From Parcubacteria group bacterium (GTDB lineage Bacteria > Patescibacteriota > Minisyncoccia > Phycocordibacterales > UBA2100): DNA of 64,000 bases. The notes under the pieces were generated by a model, which searched no databases, had not been told where the DNA came from, and saw nothing but the letters and a program-made list of their open reading frames with translations. A program made the position numbers and the translations under genes. The stretch spans positions 2,380 to 66,379 of the forward strand of contig CALRGX010000001.1 in NCBI GenBank assembly GCA_943358385.1, in the 5' to 3' direction. This document shows positions 37,357 through 48,012 of the stretch, one piece after another (position 1 is the stretch's first letter; every line of letters begins with the position of its first letter).

Positions 37357-39078
37357 ATGTACATATCCAGCCAACACTTAAAAAAATTCCTTCTTGATGC
37401 CGCGCTCGTGGGCAAATCAAATTTTGAAAACGCAGAGCGCGAAAGTGTAAAGACAGGAAAGACGGTGGGTGAGGTGCTAGTGGCCGAAGGCGAGATTGGC
37501 GAAGATGAACTACGCCGTACCTACGCATACATTCTGGGTATCCCTTTCGTCAACCTGAAAGGAACCAAGGTGGATTTCCAAACGCTCTCGATGATTCCAG
37601 AGCCGATCGCGCGCAGGAATAACATTATTGCCTACAGTCACAAGGCAGACGAGCTGGAAGTGGCGATGCTCAATACTGATGACTTGGCGTCACTCGACTT
37701 CATCAAGAAGAAGACGCGTCTCAAAATTCAGCCGCGCCTTACTGATGTGGCGTCAATCAAATCCGCACTCAAGCAGTATCAACACACACTGAACGACAAC
37801 TTGGGCGAGGTGATACGTAAAGAAACGCAGATTCTTAGCACTGGTGATGCAGAAGCACAAAAGCAAGGAGAGAGTGGTTCTGCAGTGCGCATTGTAGATA
37901 CACTCTTGCGCCACGCGATTGCGCAGAACGCTTCCGATATTCACATAGAGCCACAAGAAGAGTCGCTCGTCATTCGGTATCGTATCGACGGTATTTTGCA
38001 TGACGCCATGGTGCTGCCCAAGCAGGCAGCTGCGGCAATTACTGCGCGCGTGAAAGTCCTTTCTAATCTGCGTATTGATGAAAAGCGCCTGCCTCAAGAC
38101 GGTCGATTCGCCATCGAAGCGTCAGGAGAGAAAGTGTCATTCCGAGTCTCGATTCTCCCTGTCTACTATGGAGAAAAGATGGTGATGCGTCTTTTGCGCG
38201 AGACGGTTTCAGGATTCACACTTGAAGCACTCGGTTTTCACGGGTCAGGCCTCGAGCGCATTCACGATGCGATGCGCAAAACCACCGGTCTTATCCTCAC
38301 CACGGGCCCAACCGGCTCAGGTAAATCGACGACACTGTATACCTTGCTCGATATTTTGAACACACCAGGGGTTAACATTTCAACGGTGGAGGATCCAATC
38401 GAATATCAAATGCCGCGCGTAAATCAAACACAGGTGCGTCCTGACATTGGTTTCACGTTTGCTTCCGGACTGCGCTCCCTCGTGCGTCAAGATCCAGACA
38501 TCATTATGGTGGGTGAAATCCGTGACAAAGAGACGGCAAGCCTCGCCATTAACGCAGCACTTACCGGACACTTGGTACTTTCTACGCTACACACCAATTC
38601 CGCCGCAGGGGCGATTCCGCGTTTGATGGATATGGGCATAGAGCCTTTTCTCTTGGTCTCTACACTGCGCGTAGTGATTGGGCAACGTTTGGTGCGAAAA
38701 ATGTGTGACAAGAAAGAGCGTGCACTCACACGTGATGAGCAAACACACTTGGAACAGGTTGTTGATATCGGAACCGTGTTTAAGGCGCTGAAAGATGAAA
38801 AGGTGGTGCAAAAAGCAGAAACGTGGAAAAACATCCCGTTTTATGAGGCGGTAGAGAGTGAAGAGTGCCCTGAAGGCTTTTCTGGTCGTGTGGGTATTTA
38901 CGAAGTGCTGGGGGTGACCGAAACCATCAAGGAACTGATTATGAAGGGCGCGACGTCTGACGAGATGCACACACAGGGGCGCAAGGAGGGCATGCTCACC
39001 ATGTCTGAAGACGGTATCTTCAAGGCGGCGCAAGGAGTGAGCACGATTGAAGAAGTGTTCCGTGCGATCACTGAATAA
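37357..39078 (+). CDS. pilB: Type IV pilus assembly ATPase, PilB/GspE family
   Basis: ASDIHIEP, RLPQDGR, GPTGSGKST, RQDPD, TGHLVLSTLH. Confidence 0.92.
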   Translation: MYISSQHLKKFLLDAALVGKSNFENAERESVKTGKTVGEVLVAEGEIGEDELRRTYAYILGIPFVNLKGTKVDFQTLSMIPEPIARRNNIIAYSHKADELEVAMLNTDDLASLDFIKKKTRLKIQPRLTDVASIKSALKQYQHTLNDNLGEVIRKETQILSTGDAEAQKQGESGSAVRIVDTLLRHAIAQNASDIHIEPQEESLVIRYRIDGILHDAMVLPKQAAAAITARVKVLSNLRIDEKRLPQDGRFAIEASGEKVSFRVSILPVYYGEKMVMRLLRETVSGFTLEALGFHGSGLERIHDAMRKTTGLILTTGPTGSGKSTTLYTLLDILNTPGVNISTVEDPIEYQMPRVNQTQVRPDIGFTFASGLRSLVRQDPDIIMVGEIRDKETASLAINAALTGHLVLSTLHTNSAAGAIPRLMDMGIEPFLLVSTLRVVIGQRLVRKMCDKKERALTRDEQTHLEQVVDIGTVFKALKDEKVVQKAETWKNIPFYEAVESEECPEGFSGRVGIYEVLGVTETIKELIMKGATSDEMHTQGRKEGMLTMSEDGIFKAAQGVSTIEEVFRAITE

Positions 39079-39079
39079 T

Positions 39080-40297
39080 ATGGCTCGCTTTATATACACG
39101 GCACAGAAAGCAGAGGGAGAAATCTACAAGGGTATTTCTGAAGCAAAGGACAAACTCGAGTTGTTCCAGCAAATCAGGCGCGAAGGAGGGAAGGTGGTCT
39201 CGGTAAAGCTCGATACCAGCACGTCACCGTGGAGCTGGCACTACTGGAATGCAAAAATCACTACGGTGCCCGAGCACGACAAAGTGATTTTCGCTCAGAC
39301 ACTCTCGTCAATGCTCAAAGCCGGCCTCGGGCTTTCTCGCGCGCTTGCGGTGATCGAGCGACAAACACACAACCCAAAATTTTCCAGCGTTCTCTCTGAG
39401 ATTGAAAGCGACATACGTCGTGGTGCACCCTTGAATCAGGCGTTGGCTCGATTTCCCAAAGTTTTTTCAGATCTGTTTGTCTCAATGGTACGTGCTGGAG
39501 AAGAAAGTGGTGATGTGCCGGGCGCTTTGCGCACGGTAGGGAATCAGATGGAGAGTATGTACAACCTTAAGAAAAAAGTGAAAGGCGCGCTCATGTATCC
39601 GTCTATTGTACTGATTGCCATTGTAGGTATTTCTATATTGATGATCACGCAGGTAGTGCCTACACTCGCCGCCACTTTCAAGGAACTAAATGCAGATTTG
39701 CCTCGCTCAACGCAAGTCATGATTGGCATTAGCGACTTCCTCATCGGGCACAGCATTTTGGCCGTTGTGCTTACAGTCATGTTCGTCGGCGGGATTGCGA
39801 CGATTCTGAAAACAACCTGGGGAAAAATAGGAAAAGATTGGGTTGCTATCAACATGCCCCTGATTGGTCCTTTGGTAAAAGAAGTGAATGCGGCGCGTAC
39901 GGCGCGTACGTTCTCGTCTTTGGTTGCCGCTGGGGTTGATATTATTACCGCAATCTCAATCACGCGTGAAGTGGTGCAGAATAGTTTCTTTAGACGAGTA
40001 CTTGATCAGGCAGAGAAAGGGGTAAAGCAGGGCGAACCATTTTCTCGCGCATTCGCACTTAATGAACACCTGTATCCACCACTCGTCGGCGAAATGATTG
40101 CGGTAGGAGAAGAAACCGGAGATTTGAAAACGATGCTCGAGAATCTAGCTATTTTTTACGAAGAAGAGGTGTCGCGCAAAACAAAAGATATGTCGACGAT
40201 CATTGAGCCGTTCCTTATGGTGTTTATTGGTGGCGCCGTCGGTTTCTTCGCGGTATCTATGGTCTCGCCAATCTACTCGCTCTCAGATGCAATCTAG
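39080..40297 (+). CDS. pilC: Type IV pilus platform protein, PilC/GspF family
   Basis: GEESG, ALMYP, GEETG, IIEP. Confidence 0.92.
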   Translation: MARFIYTAQKAEGEIYKGISEAKDKLELFQQIRREGGKVVSVKLDTSTSPWSWHYWNAKITTVPEHDKVIFAQTLSSMLKAGLGLSRALAVIERQTHNPKFSSVLSEIESDIRRGAPLNQALARFPKVFSDLFVSMVRAGEESGDVPGALRTVGNQMESMYNLKKKVKGALMYPSIVLIAIVGISILMITQVVPTLAATFKELNADLPRSTQVMIGISDFLIGHSILAVVLTVMFVGGIATILKTTWGKIGKDWVAINMPLIGPLVKEVNAARTARTFSSLVAAGVDIITAISITREVVQNSFFRRVLDQAEKGVKQGEPFSRAFALNEHLYPPLVGEMIAVGEETGDLKTMLENLAIFYEEEVSRKTKDMSTIIEPFLMVFIGGAVGFFAVSMVSPIYSLSDAI

Positions 40298-40379
40298 GTT
40301 CGTTGACGCTTCGTTTTTACTGCGTTAGCCTCAAGGAAGATGTGGCATGTCGCTGCACACAATAGAGGAGTGACACTCA

Positions 40380-40754
40380 ATGCTTGCAAAGACGCCGCCT
40401 GCGGCTCTCCTGCTTGAGGAAGCGGTACGCTACCTTAAAAGTCGTCAGCTGTGCAAAGGTGTACTCGGTAGATATGCAGACGGTACCGAAGTAGGCTCGT
40501 TCAGCGCGTTTCAGCAACCATGTGCCGACATTGTTTCCGTATGCGCGCATGGCGCAATCTACGGGGCCGCCGTTGCATCCAGCTGGTCTGAGCATGAAAC
40601 CGATGCGCTTTTGGACGAGCTCGACGACTTTGTCGATATGAGGACCGATGGCGTGCACACGTGTGCTCCGGCTTACAATGACGCACGATTTCGACGCAAG
40701 CGCGAAGTCGTCGGTCTCCTGCGGGAGTTCCGTGCGGCGCTCTTGGATCGGTAA
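40380..40754 (+). CDS. Hypothetical protein, resembles DUF6197-like phage proteins
   Basis: GAGGAG RBS; VCAHGAI...YNDA...EVVGLLR pattern; downstream hairpin. Confidence 0.6.
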   Translation: MLAKTPPAALLLEEAVRYLKSRQLCKGVLGRYADGTEVGSFSAFQQPCADIVSVCAHGAIYGAAVASSWSEHETDALLDELDDFVDMRTDGVHTCAPAYNDARFRRKREVVGLLREFRAALLDR

Positions 40755-40868
40755 CACCGATGTCATGTAATGTAGGTGCTCACGATGGAACCGACGCAGC
40801 GATGCTGCGTCGGTTTTCTTTGGTGAGTAGACATACTGCCACCCGTGGGCAGCCTTTACGGCCAGCGG

Positions 40869-42035
40869 TTAGATAGCATGCTCTGAGTCTGGCGCCGCTC
40901 TGTGCTTTTCTTGGTCAGCACGAATGAGGCGACTCTCCTCAGTTGCTTGTATACGGCATGATGCTTCTTCCTTTGGAGGTAAGCCAGAGCATGCAATAAG
41001 CGCATCTTGTAGAGAAAAGTAATAAGTGAAACGGCGGGCAGCGTGTGTGTGACAGGTATAGCGAAGAGCTGCGTCCGTGGTAACCATACTGCAGATTTTT
41101 TCTGTGAGTGCAGGTTGTTCATTTGTAAGCAATTGCATACGATTTGCGACTCCCTTGATACAGGCAGTTAATGAATCTGGTGAGGGCGCTTTGACGCACC
41201 ACCCACCCATCTTTGCTGCCATAACTTCATCAAGGTTGCGCTCAGGTGATGCGAGCATCCACCACATGGGGAGCCAGTACATACAGGAAGATAGGTATCC
41301 ATCAATACGCAAACTACCGCATGGTTCCAAGATATTATCTTTGGTTAGTATGCGAGGGTCAATTCCGCCAGACGCCATAGATTTCACTAAATACTCCATG
41401 AAAACACCACCTGCGCAACCTGATATAGGGTGCGATGGGGGGTCTAGGTGGTCGCATGCTGAAAGTGCAACCGACAAGTCTTCAATAGTTGCGTCGTTTT
41501 TAATTGTGGCGAGGAGTCCATGACCAATGCCGTGCTCACACTCGGGCGAGCTCGCACCTAAGGTTTGCCTACATATATCATACAATTGCTGCGAACTGGC
41601 AGCACCGCCTTCTGCGAGTGCGCGTATCATAAAAGAGTGGAAGCATGCGTACCCAAATCGCCCGTCACAGGTAGATATGCCTCGCAGGCCTTCCGTTCTA
41701 TAAAGGACGTCCCCAAAGATGTGTACCTCATCATGCTGGTACTGTGATGGGTACATTTCAATTACTATTGCCAGTTCAGCATATGCCTTATCGGCTCCAG
41801 AGGCGTGGATACGGCCCGTCCAGTACTGTATCTTCTCATCGAGTACAAGTACGGCATAGCCATTTTTATTGAGCGGGGGAGACCATCTGTTATGTGTCTT
41901 GTGTACATACGCAGTACATACGAGGAAGACTGAAGCAATAATGAGCAGGAACATATAGAAGAGAAAAGTCGCCTTTCTTCGCAGCTGCATAAGAACAGTA
42001 TACTCACTAGGTTTTGTGATGCGGCGGGCGGGCAT
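40869..42035 (-). CDS. Membrane-anchored Cys/His-rich repeat protein (start uncertain)
   Basis: TM followed by QHDEVHIFG, CDGRFGYACFH, CEHGIGHG, CAGGVFM; similar to 61181-62410. Confidence 0.8.
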   Translation of the reverse strand: MPARRITKPSEYTVLMQLRRKATFLFYMFLLIIASVFLVCTAYVHKTHNRWSPPLNKNGYAVLVLDEKIQYWTGRIHASGADKAYAELAIVIEMYPSQYQHDEVHIFGDVLYRTEGLRGISTCDGRFGYACFHSFMIRALAEGGAASSQQLYDICRQTLGASSPECEHGIGHGLLATIKNDATIEDLSVALSACDHLDPPSHPISGCAGGVFMEYLVKSMASGGIDPRILTKDNILEPCGSLRIDGYLSSCMYWLPMWWMLASPERNLDEVMAAKMGGWCVKAPSPDSLTACIKGVANRMQLLTNEQPALTEKICSMVTTDAALRYTCHTHAARRFTYYFSLQDALIACSGLPPKEEASCRIQATEESRLIRADQEKHRAAPDSEHAI

Positions 42036-42113
42036 GCTTTAAACACTCCATGTTACCCACCGCATAAAACGTGCTGCCAGTTTTACGCACGATGTGCGCG
42101 CTACAATGTGCCT

Positions 42114-43895
42114 ATGAAAGTGTCTCGTTTTTCCTCTGTGCCCACTGCGAGGCGAAAGAGTAATTCGCGTGGCGTGGGGCTCCTTGATTCAGTTGTTGGT
42201 GTCGCGTTGATGGTCATTATATTTGTAGGCATTTCGGGGGTGTTTAAGCTCTCGATCGAGTTGGTGAGTAACAACAAAGCGCGGGTTGGAGCTTTGGCGC
42301 TGGCGCAAGGGCACATGGAGTACATCCATTCACTTGATTATGATGCGGTGGGGACCACGGGTGGTATTCCATCAGGTGCGCTCACTGAAATTTCTCAAGA
42401 AACGCTCAATGGGGTGTTATATACCAGACGCACGCTCATCCGCTACATCGATGATCCTAAAGATGGGTTGGGAGTCGCTGATCAAAACAGTATTCCTACC
42501 GATGCAAAGGAGGTAAAGATTGAGCTTTCGTGGGTCACGCGCGGGCAATTGAGAAGTTCTTCTTTGATCACTCGGCGGTCGCCGGATGGTATAGAGCAAT
42601 TGGTACCAGGCGGAACGCTATCCATCTCAGTGCTCGATGCGAGTTCCACGCCAATACAAGGGGCGTTGGTCGATATTGTGAATGCCTCAACTTCTGTTGA
42701 TACGCAGGCATATAGCAACGACACTGGTACAGTGAGTTTCCTAGGCGCTCCTGCAGGTACTGGTTATCGCATTACTGTGTCGAAATCTGGCTACAGTAGT
42801 GCTCAGACATACAATGCGAGCAGTACTAATTCATCGCCTGATCCAGGGCATTTGACGGTAGCACTAAATCAGACAACATCTGCCACCTTTGTTATAGGCC
42901 TGGTTGGGACCCATACGTTCATGACCTACGAGGCTATTCAAGAGAGAATGTGGAATGATACATTTGCTGATGTAAGCAAGCTGTATGCAGTTGCAAGTTC
43001 CACCATTGCAGGCGGAGCCGTGGTCCTTGAGGGAGGCGCTGGTTCTTATGAGCCAGAAGGATTTATACGCGCGGTACCCGTATCAGTAAGTTACTTGTCA
43101 GCCTGGAACGAAGTTCATTTTGCTGACAGTAAGCCAAGTGGCACAGCAATCCGCTATTACATCTACGCAGACGACGTCGGTACGCTTGTGCCTGATGCTG
43201 ATTTGCCAGGCAACAGTAGTGGGTTCACCGCTTCACCTATTGATATTTCTTCGTTATCGACAACCACATACACGACAGTGCGTGTGGGCGCGGTGTTAAC
43301 GACGCTCGATAGCGACGAGACGCCCCGCATCAATGATTGGGAGGTTCGCTACGACCAAGGGCCAATTCCTTTGGGCAATGTGCCATTCACCATGACCGGT
43401 GCTAAGACCATAGGTACTCATTCTGGTGCACCTGTCTACAAATTCATTCAAACGTACCAGACCGATGCGGGGGGTGGACTAGACATTGGTAATCTAGAGT
43501 TCGATACGCATCGCCTCGCCATTGATGGAGCAACACTCGGTCACGATATTGCAGAGAGTTGCCCACCGTTGCCACGTTCGCTATTTGCCGGGGGAGGGTT
43601 GCTAACTCGGTTGTACTTTTTGCCTCATACAGCTCACTCGCTGCGAGTAGATGTTCGTGCGGCTGATGGCACCACGGTGCCGAATGCAAGTGTGCGACTG
43701 TATAGAACCGGCGTGAATACCACCCAGACAACAGGTGGTTGTGGACAAACTTTCTTTTCAAATCTGGCTTGGGGAACGATTAGTGGCGGGAATGCGTACG
43801 CTGTAGATATCACCGCCGCTGGTTATGCGCCGCAGACAATTACTAGCGTTGAAGTGAGCGGGGCCTCCTCGGTGAGCGCTATCGTTGCCCCATAA
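42114..43895 (+). CDS. Large minor pilin-like protein with carboxypeptidase-regulatory-like beta domains
   Basis: Class III-like signal RG/VGLLDSVVGVAL; DASSTPIQGALV and DGTTVPNASV domains. Confidence 0.8.
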   Translation: MKVSRFSSVPTARRKSNSRGVGLLDSVVGVALMVIIFVGISGVFKLSIELVSNNKARVGALALAQGHMEYIHSLDYDAVGTTGGIPSGALTEISQETLNGVLYTRRTLIRYIDDPKDGLGVADQNSIPTDAKEVKIELSWVTRGQLRSSSLITRRSPDGIEQLVPGGTLSISVLDASSTPIQGALVDIVNASTSVDTQAYSNDTGTVSFLGAPAGTGYRITVSKSGYSSAQTYNASSTNSSPDPGHLTVALNQTTSATFVIGLVGTHTFMTYEAIQERMWNDTFADVSKLYAVASSTIAGGAVVLEGGAGSYEPEGFIRAVPVSVSYLSAWNEVHFADSKPSGTAIRYYIYADDVGTLVPDADLPGNSSGFTASPIDISSLSTTTYTTVRVGAVLTTLDSDETPRINDWEVRYDQGPIPLGNVPFTMTGAKTIGTHSGAPVYKFIQTYQTDAGGGLDIGNLEFDTHRLAIDGATLGHDIAESCPPLPRSLFAGGGLLTRLYFLPHTAHSLRVDVRAADGTTVPNASVRLYRTGVNTTQTTGGCGQTFFSNLAWGTISGGNAYAVDITAAGYAPQTITSVEVSGASSVSAIVAP

Positions 43896-43902
43896 TACAG
43901 CT

Positions 43903-44502
43903 ATGTTCCGCGATAAACATCGAGGTATAACCATGATTGAAGCTCTCGTCTGGGTCACCGTCTTCGTGGTTTCGATGATGGCATTAATCGTGTCGCTGCT
44001 TTCGTTTTATCGAGCGAATAACTACACACTCGACCAGGCGCAGGCAGTCTCTGATGCGCGCCGAGCAATCGACCGTGTAGTACAGACGCTGCGCGAGGCA
44101 ACGTACTCAAGTGAAGGGGCGTACCCGATCATTGCCATGTCCACATCATCCATTACGTTTTATGCCGATGTAGACGAAGACCCGCTGATCGAGCGCGTAC
44201 GCTACTTTCTGAGCGGCGATGCTATTAAGCGAGGCATAGTTGATCCGTCGGGCGACCCCCCTGCATATACCGCAGCAGAAATAGTGGCGACAACGTCGGA
44301 ACATGTGCGCAACTTGAGTCTCGGGCAGAGTTTCTTCACGTATGTAAACGAGAATGGTGCCACTATAACGAACTTGACTGATGTCGCATCACTCCGCTTC
44401 GTAACAGTAGAAGCAGTGGTGAATGTTAAACCAGATCGCCTTCCAAACGAATTAACGATTCGGTCCGCTGCAGCGCTGCGTAATTTGGACAATGCAATAT
44501 GA
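43903..44502 (+). CDS. Minor pilin (PilW/GspJ-like)
   Basis: RG/ITMIEAL prepilin cleavage motif. Confidence 0.85.
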   Translation: MFRDKHRGITMIEALVWVTVFVVSMMALIVSLLSFYRANNYTLDQAQAVSDARRAIDRVVQTLREATYSSEGAYPIIAMSTSSITFYADVDEDPLIERVRYFLSGDAIKRGIVDPSGDPPAYTAAEIVATTSEHVRNLSLGQSFFTYVNENGATITNLTDVASLRFVTVEAVVNVKPDRLPNELTIRSAAALRNLDNAI

Positions 44503-45926
44503 ATCACATTATTTTTTTAAAAAAACGAGGGGTGACCGTCATGTTAGTATTGGTGTTTATGGGTGTCTTTGGCCTCGCCGTCTCGACACTCGCGAGCTAC
44601 ATCTTTACACAATCAAACGTTTCTCGTGCAAAATTGGCACGCGAGCAAGCATTCTCTGTCGCTGAGGCAGGGTTGGAGTACTATCGTTGGTTTCTCGAAC
44701 ATAACCCGGGCAATTTAACGAATGGCACAGGAGCAAGTGGGCCATACGAATACACTGTTACCGATCCGGAAGGGGGCGAATTGGGCACGGCATCCATCTC
44801 AGTCACCGGGAACACGGTGTGCAATGTGCTGCAGTCTATAGACATCAGTTCGGAAGGAAGTGCAGATGCAAACCCAGCATTTTCGCGTACGCTCTCTGCG
44901 CGTTACGCGCAGCCTTCCGTCGCACGCTTTTCACATGTATTGAATGCAAATGTATGGGCAGGGTCCGACCGAAACATTACTGGTCCCTATCACTCCAACG
45001 GTGGCATTCGCATGGATGGCACCAATAATTCCACTGTTTCAAGTGGTGTAGCTACATGGTTGTGTACTTCAAGTTTTGGCTGTAGTCCAAACCAAAATCG
45101 CCCAGGAGTATTTGGGGGAAGTCCTAATTCGTCACTCTGGGAATTTCCTGTGCCGCAGGTAAATTTTGCAGGCATGCTTTCTGACCTGCCATCGCTTAAG
45201 TCGCGCGCACAATCGCATGGTTTGTATTTTGCATCGTACAGTGGTGGAAATGATCGACGAGGGTATTGGCTCATATTTAATAGCAACCGCACGGTCACTG
45301 TGCGTCGGGTGACCGGGACCAACTATGCAGATTCTATTCATATCGACAACATGAGCACATGGGTTCGAGACTATCACCGTATTACCACGTACAACACATT
45401 GGGGACGTACACCATTCCTGCAAACTGCGGGCTTATCTTTGTTGAAGACAAAGTGTGGGTTCAGGGGACCATTTCTGGAAAAGTGACGTTGGTTGCTGCA
45501 GATTTGGTGCATGCAGGATATGCGCCCGACATGATTTTGCAAAATAACATTGGCTATACGACCCCTGCGGGCACTGACGGCTTTACAGCAATAGCCGAGC
45601 ACTCGGTTTTGTATGGGTACGATATTCCGACGAATATGAGCGTTCGCGGCATCTACGTAGCTCAAACGGGGTATTACGGACGAAATCTGTACCCATGCAC
45701 CTATGCACCTTATGACAAACGCACCTCGCTCTTGTTACATGGTTCAATCGTTTCAACACAGCGTGTCGGGACACAGTGGGGCTATACCATGTCAGGTTGT
45801 GGCAGTACCTGGTCTGGATTCAATACACGTACTGACTCATATGACCGTCTTCTTGCACTGGACCCTCCTCCGTTCACTCCCGTAACAAGCGCCGACCATC
45901 GTTTTATTTTGTGGAGAGAGGAGTAA
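44499..45926 (+). CDS. PilX/GspK-like minor pilin
   Basis: KRG/VTVMLVL without Glu5; AEAGLEY motif. Confidence 0.8.
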   Translation: MNHIIFLKKRGVTVMLVLVFMGVFGLAVSTLASYIFTQSNVSRAKLAREQAFSVAEAGLEYYRWFLEHNPGNLTNGTGASGPYEYTVTDPEGGELGTASISVTGNTVCNVLQSIDISSEGSADANPAFSRTLSARYAQPSVARFSHVLNANVWAGSDRNITGPYHSNGGIRMDGTNNSTVSSGVATWLCTSSFGCSPNQNRPGVFGGSPNSSLWEFPVPQVNFAGMLSDLPSLKSRAQSHGLYFASYSGGNDRRGYWLIFNSNRTVTVRRVTGTNYADSIHIDNMSTWVRDYHRITTYNTLGTYTIPANCGLIFVEDKVWVQGTISGKVTLVAADLVHAGYAPDMILQNNIGYTTPAGTDGFTAIAEHSVLYGYDIPTNMSVRGIYVAQTGYYGRNLYPCTYAPYDKRTSLLLHGSIVSTQRVGTQWGYTMSGCGSTWSGFNTRTDSYDRLLALDPPPFTPVTSADHRFILWREE

Positions 45927-45962
45927 CCACTCGTCCCCGAGGTGCGTGCTACACTTTCACCT

Positions 45963-46694
45963 ATGATTCTTGTGTTGAATTGGAAAATGAACCCGAAAAC
46001 CTTGAAAGAAGCGTTTTCTCTCCTGGACGCCACCAAGAAAAGCATCCTACGAAAAAAAATAACTGGTATCGTGGCGCCGCCGTCAGTATTTTTGGCGGAT
46101 ATTGCTAGAAAAAAGGGCACACTCCATGTTGCTGCGCAAAGTATCCATACTGAAGAGTCTGGTTCACATACGGGCGACGTAGCCGCGGCGCAAGTTTCAA
46201 GCGTCGGTGCTGACCATGTCCTCATTGGTCATGCAGAACGACGCGCACTTGGTGAGACAAATGAAGAAGTAGGGAAAAAAGTGGTCGCCGCGCTTGCCTC
46301 ACATCTGGCGCCTATTATTTGTGTCGGTGAGAATGCGCGGGACGGGCAAGGGCACTATCTGGAGACGATTAGGATACAGCTGGAAGCAGCGCTTTGCGAC
46401 GTGTCTAAGACAAAAGCGAAGCACCTAGTGATTGCTTACGAGCCCGTATGGGCCATTGGCGCCGCCAAGCCAATGAGTACGCATGAGATGCATGAAATGA
46501 CTATTTATATCCGCAAATTCCTCTTTTCAAAGTTCGGGAAAACAGGCATGAGCATGCCGATTCTCTATGGTGGTTCTATTGATGGCACCAGCGCTCGTGA
46601 CATGATGCACCACGGTGAGGTAGATGGACTCTTGGTAGGACGAGCAAGTAGTGACATGAGCAAAATGCACGAACTCTTTGATGCGTTGAAATAA
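45963..46694 (+). CDS. tpiA: Triosephosphate isomerase
   Basis: NWKMN, IGHAERR, AYEPVWAIG, LYGGS. Confidence 0.96.
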   Translation: MILVLNWKMNPKTLKEAFSLLDATKKSILRKKITGIVAPPSVFLADIARKKGTLHVAAQSIHTEESGSHTGDVAAAQVSSVGADHVLIGHAERRALGETNEEVGKKVVAALASHLAPIICVGENARDGQGHYLETIRIQLEAALCDVSKTKAKHLVIAYEPVWAIGAAKPMSTHEMHEMTIYIRKFLFSKFGKTGMSMPILYGGSIDGTSARDMMHHGEVDGLLVGRASSDMSKMHELFDALK

Positions 46695-46696
46695 AT

Positions 46697-47818
46697 ATGC
46701 GTTACTTTAAAAACGTAGCAGACGCAGAAATCTCAGACAAGAAAGTACTATTGCGCGCTGATTTGAATGTGCCCATGCAAGGGAAGGTGGTTGTAGATAC
46801 CTACCGCATTCGTCGCTCTACGCAGAGTATTCTGCACCTACGTGAAAAAGGCGCAAAAACCGTCGTGTTGGCACACATTGGGCGTGACCCAAAAGAGTCC
46901 CTCGAAGCCGTAGCGGAAGAGTTGCGAAAATATGTTCCCCTTTCGTTTGTGCAGGATCTCACGGGCCCTGAGGCACAAACGGCGATCTCTGCTATGCGAG
47001 CAGGGGACGTGTTGTTGCTAGAAAACCTGCGTCGTGCACCGGGAGAAACCGAAAATGACCAAGCCTTTGTGCAAGAACTGGCACGTGCAGGAGATTTCTA
47101 TGTAAATGACGCTTTTTCTGCCGCACATCGCGCACATGCATCAATTGTTGGGTTGGCCAAAGCATTGCCGCACTGCGGTGGCTACCTGTTGGAAGAGGAA
47201 GTTGAGAATTTATCCTTGGCCCTTTCGCCGCAGGCTCCATCTTTGGCGATTTTGGGTGGAGCTAAATTTGAAACCAAAGAGCCGCTCATAAAAAAATTAC
47301 TAGATGCATATGATCATGTATTTTTGGTAGGTGCGCTGGTGAATGATGCATTAAAAGCGAAAGGGCATGAAATTGGGCGGTCGCTCATTTCCGATGGTGT
47401 ACCTGATATGCAGGTGTTGAATAATCCAAAATTGCTCTTACCTGTCGATGTATTGGTAGAGCGCTCAAATGGACAGGCACGTGTCCGTCCTGTGCACGAA
47501 GTGGCACCCGATGAAAAGATTGTTGATATTGGGCCCGAGTCGTTCGCATCGCTGTTGCCGTATATTCGAGAGGCAAAGACGATACTATGGAATGGTCCTA
47601 CCGGATGGTATGAGGGTGGCTATGACGACTGGACGCATGCACTGGCGCATGCGATTGCCGAGAGTAAGTCTCAATCTATTGTAGGTGGTGGTGACACTGT
47701 TGCTGCAATTGGCAAAAGCGGGGTTGATAAGCAATTTACATTCCTTTCAACAGCGGGCGGTGCGATGTTGGAATTTCTATTGAACGGGACGTTGCCTGGA
47801 TTGGAGGCGTTGGAGTAA
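46697..47818 (+). CDS. pgk: Phosphoglycerate kinase
   Basis: RADLNVP, LLENLR, NDAFSAAHRAHAS, GGAK, GGGDT. Confidence 0.96.
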   Translation: MRYFKNVADAEISDKKVLLRADLNVPMQGKVVVDTYRIRRSTQSILHLREKGAKTVVLAHIGRDPKESLEAVAEELRKYVPLSFVQDLTGPEAQTAISAMRAGDVLLLENLRRAPGETENDQAFVQELARAGDFYVNDAFSAAHRAHASIVGLAKALPHCGGYLLEEEVENLSLALSPQAPSLAILGGAKFETKEPLIKKLLDAYDHVFLVGALVNDALKAKGHEIGRSLISDGVPDMQVLNNPKLLLPVDVLVERSNGQARVRPVHEVAPDEKIVDIGPESFASLLPYIREAKTILWNGPTGWYEGGYDDWTHALAHAIAESKSQSIVGGGDTVAAIGKSGVDKQFTFLSTAGGAMLEFLLNGTLPGLEALE

Positions 47819-48012
47819 GTCTGGGGAAGCGGCCGTTCGGCCATGTAAAGAACGTAATCCGGCTTGGGCGCTCTTTTCTGGATGAGAATCGGCCACCGCC
47901 GATGCATCATTTGTGTCGCCACTTGGCGACACGCCAGTAAGAGCTGTGCACAGGGTACGTCTTTCAAGGTACCCACCCCTCTGGGACAATAGGGGGTACT
48001 TACTCACTTTTC

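Noticed and set aside
47820-48010. Hairpin-rich gap after pgk as SRP, 6S or riboswitch RNA
   Set aside because: No diagnostic motif recognised; hairpins fit terminator or promoter DNA
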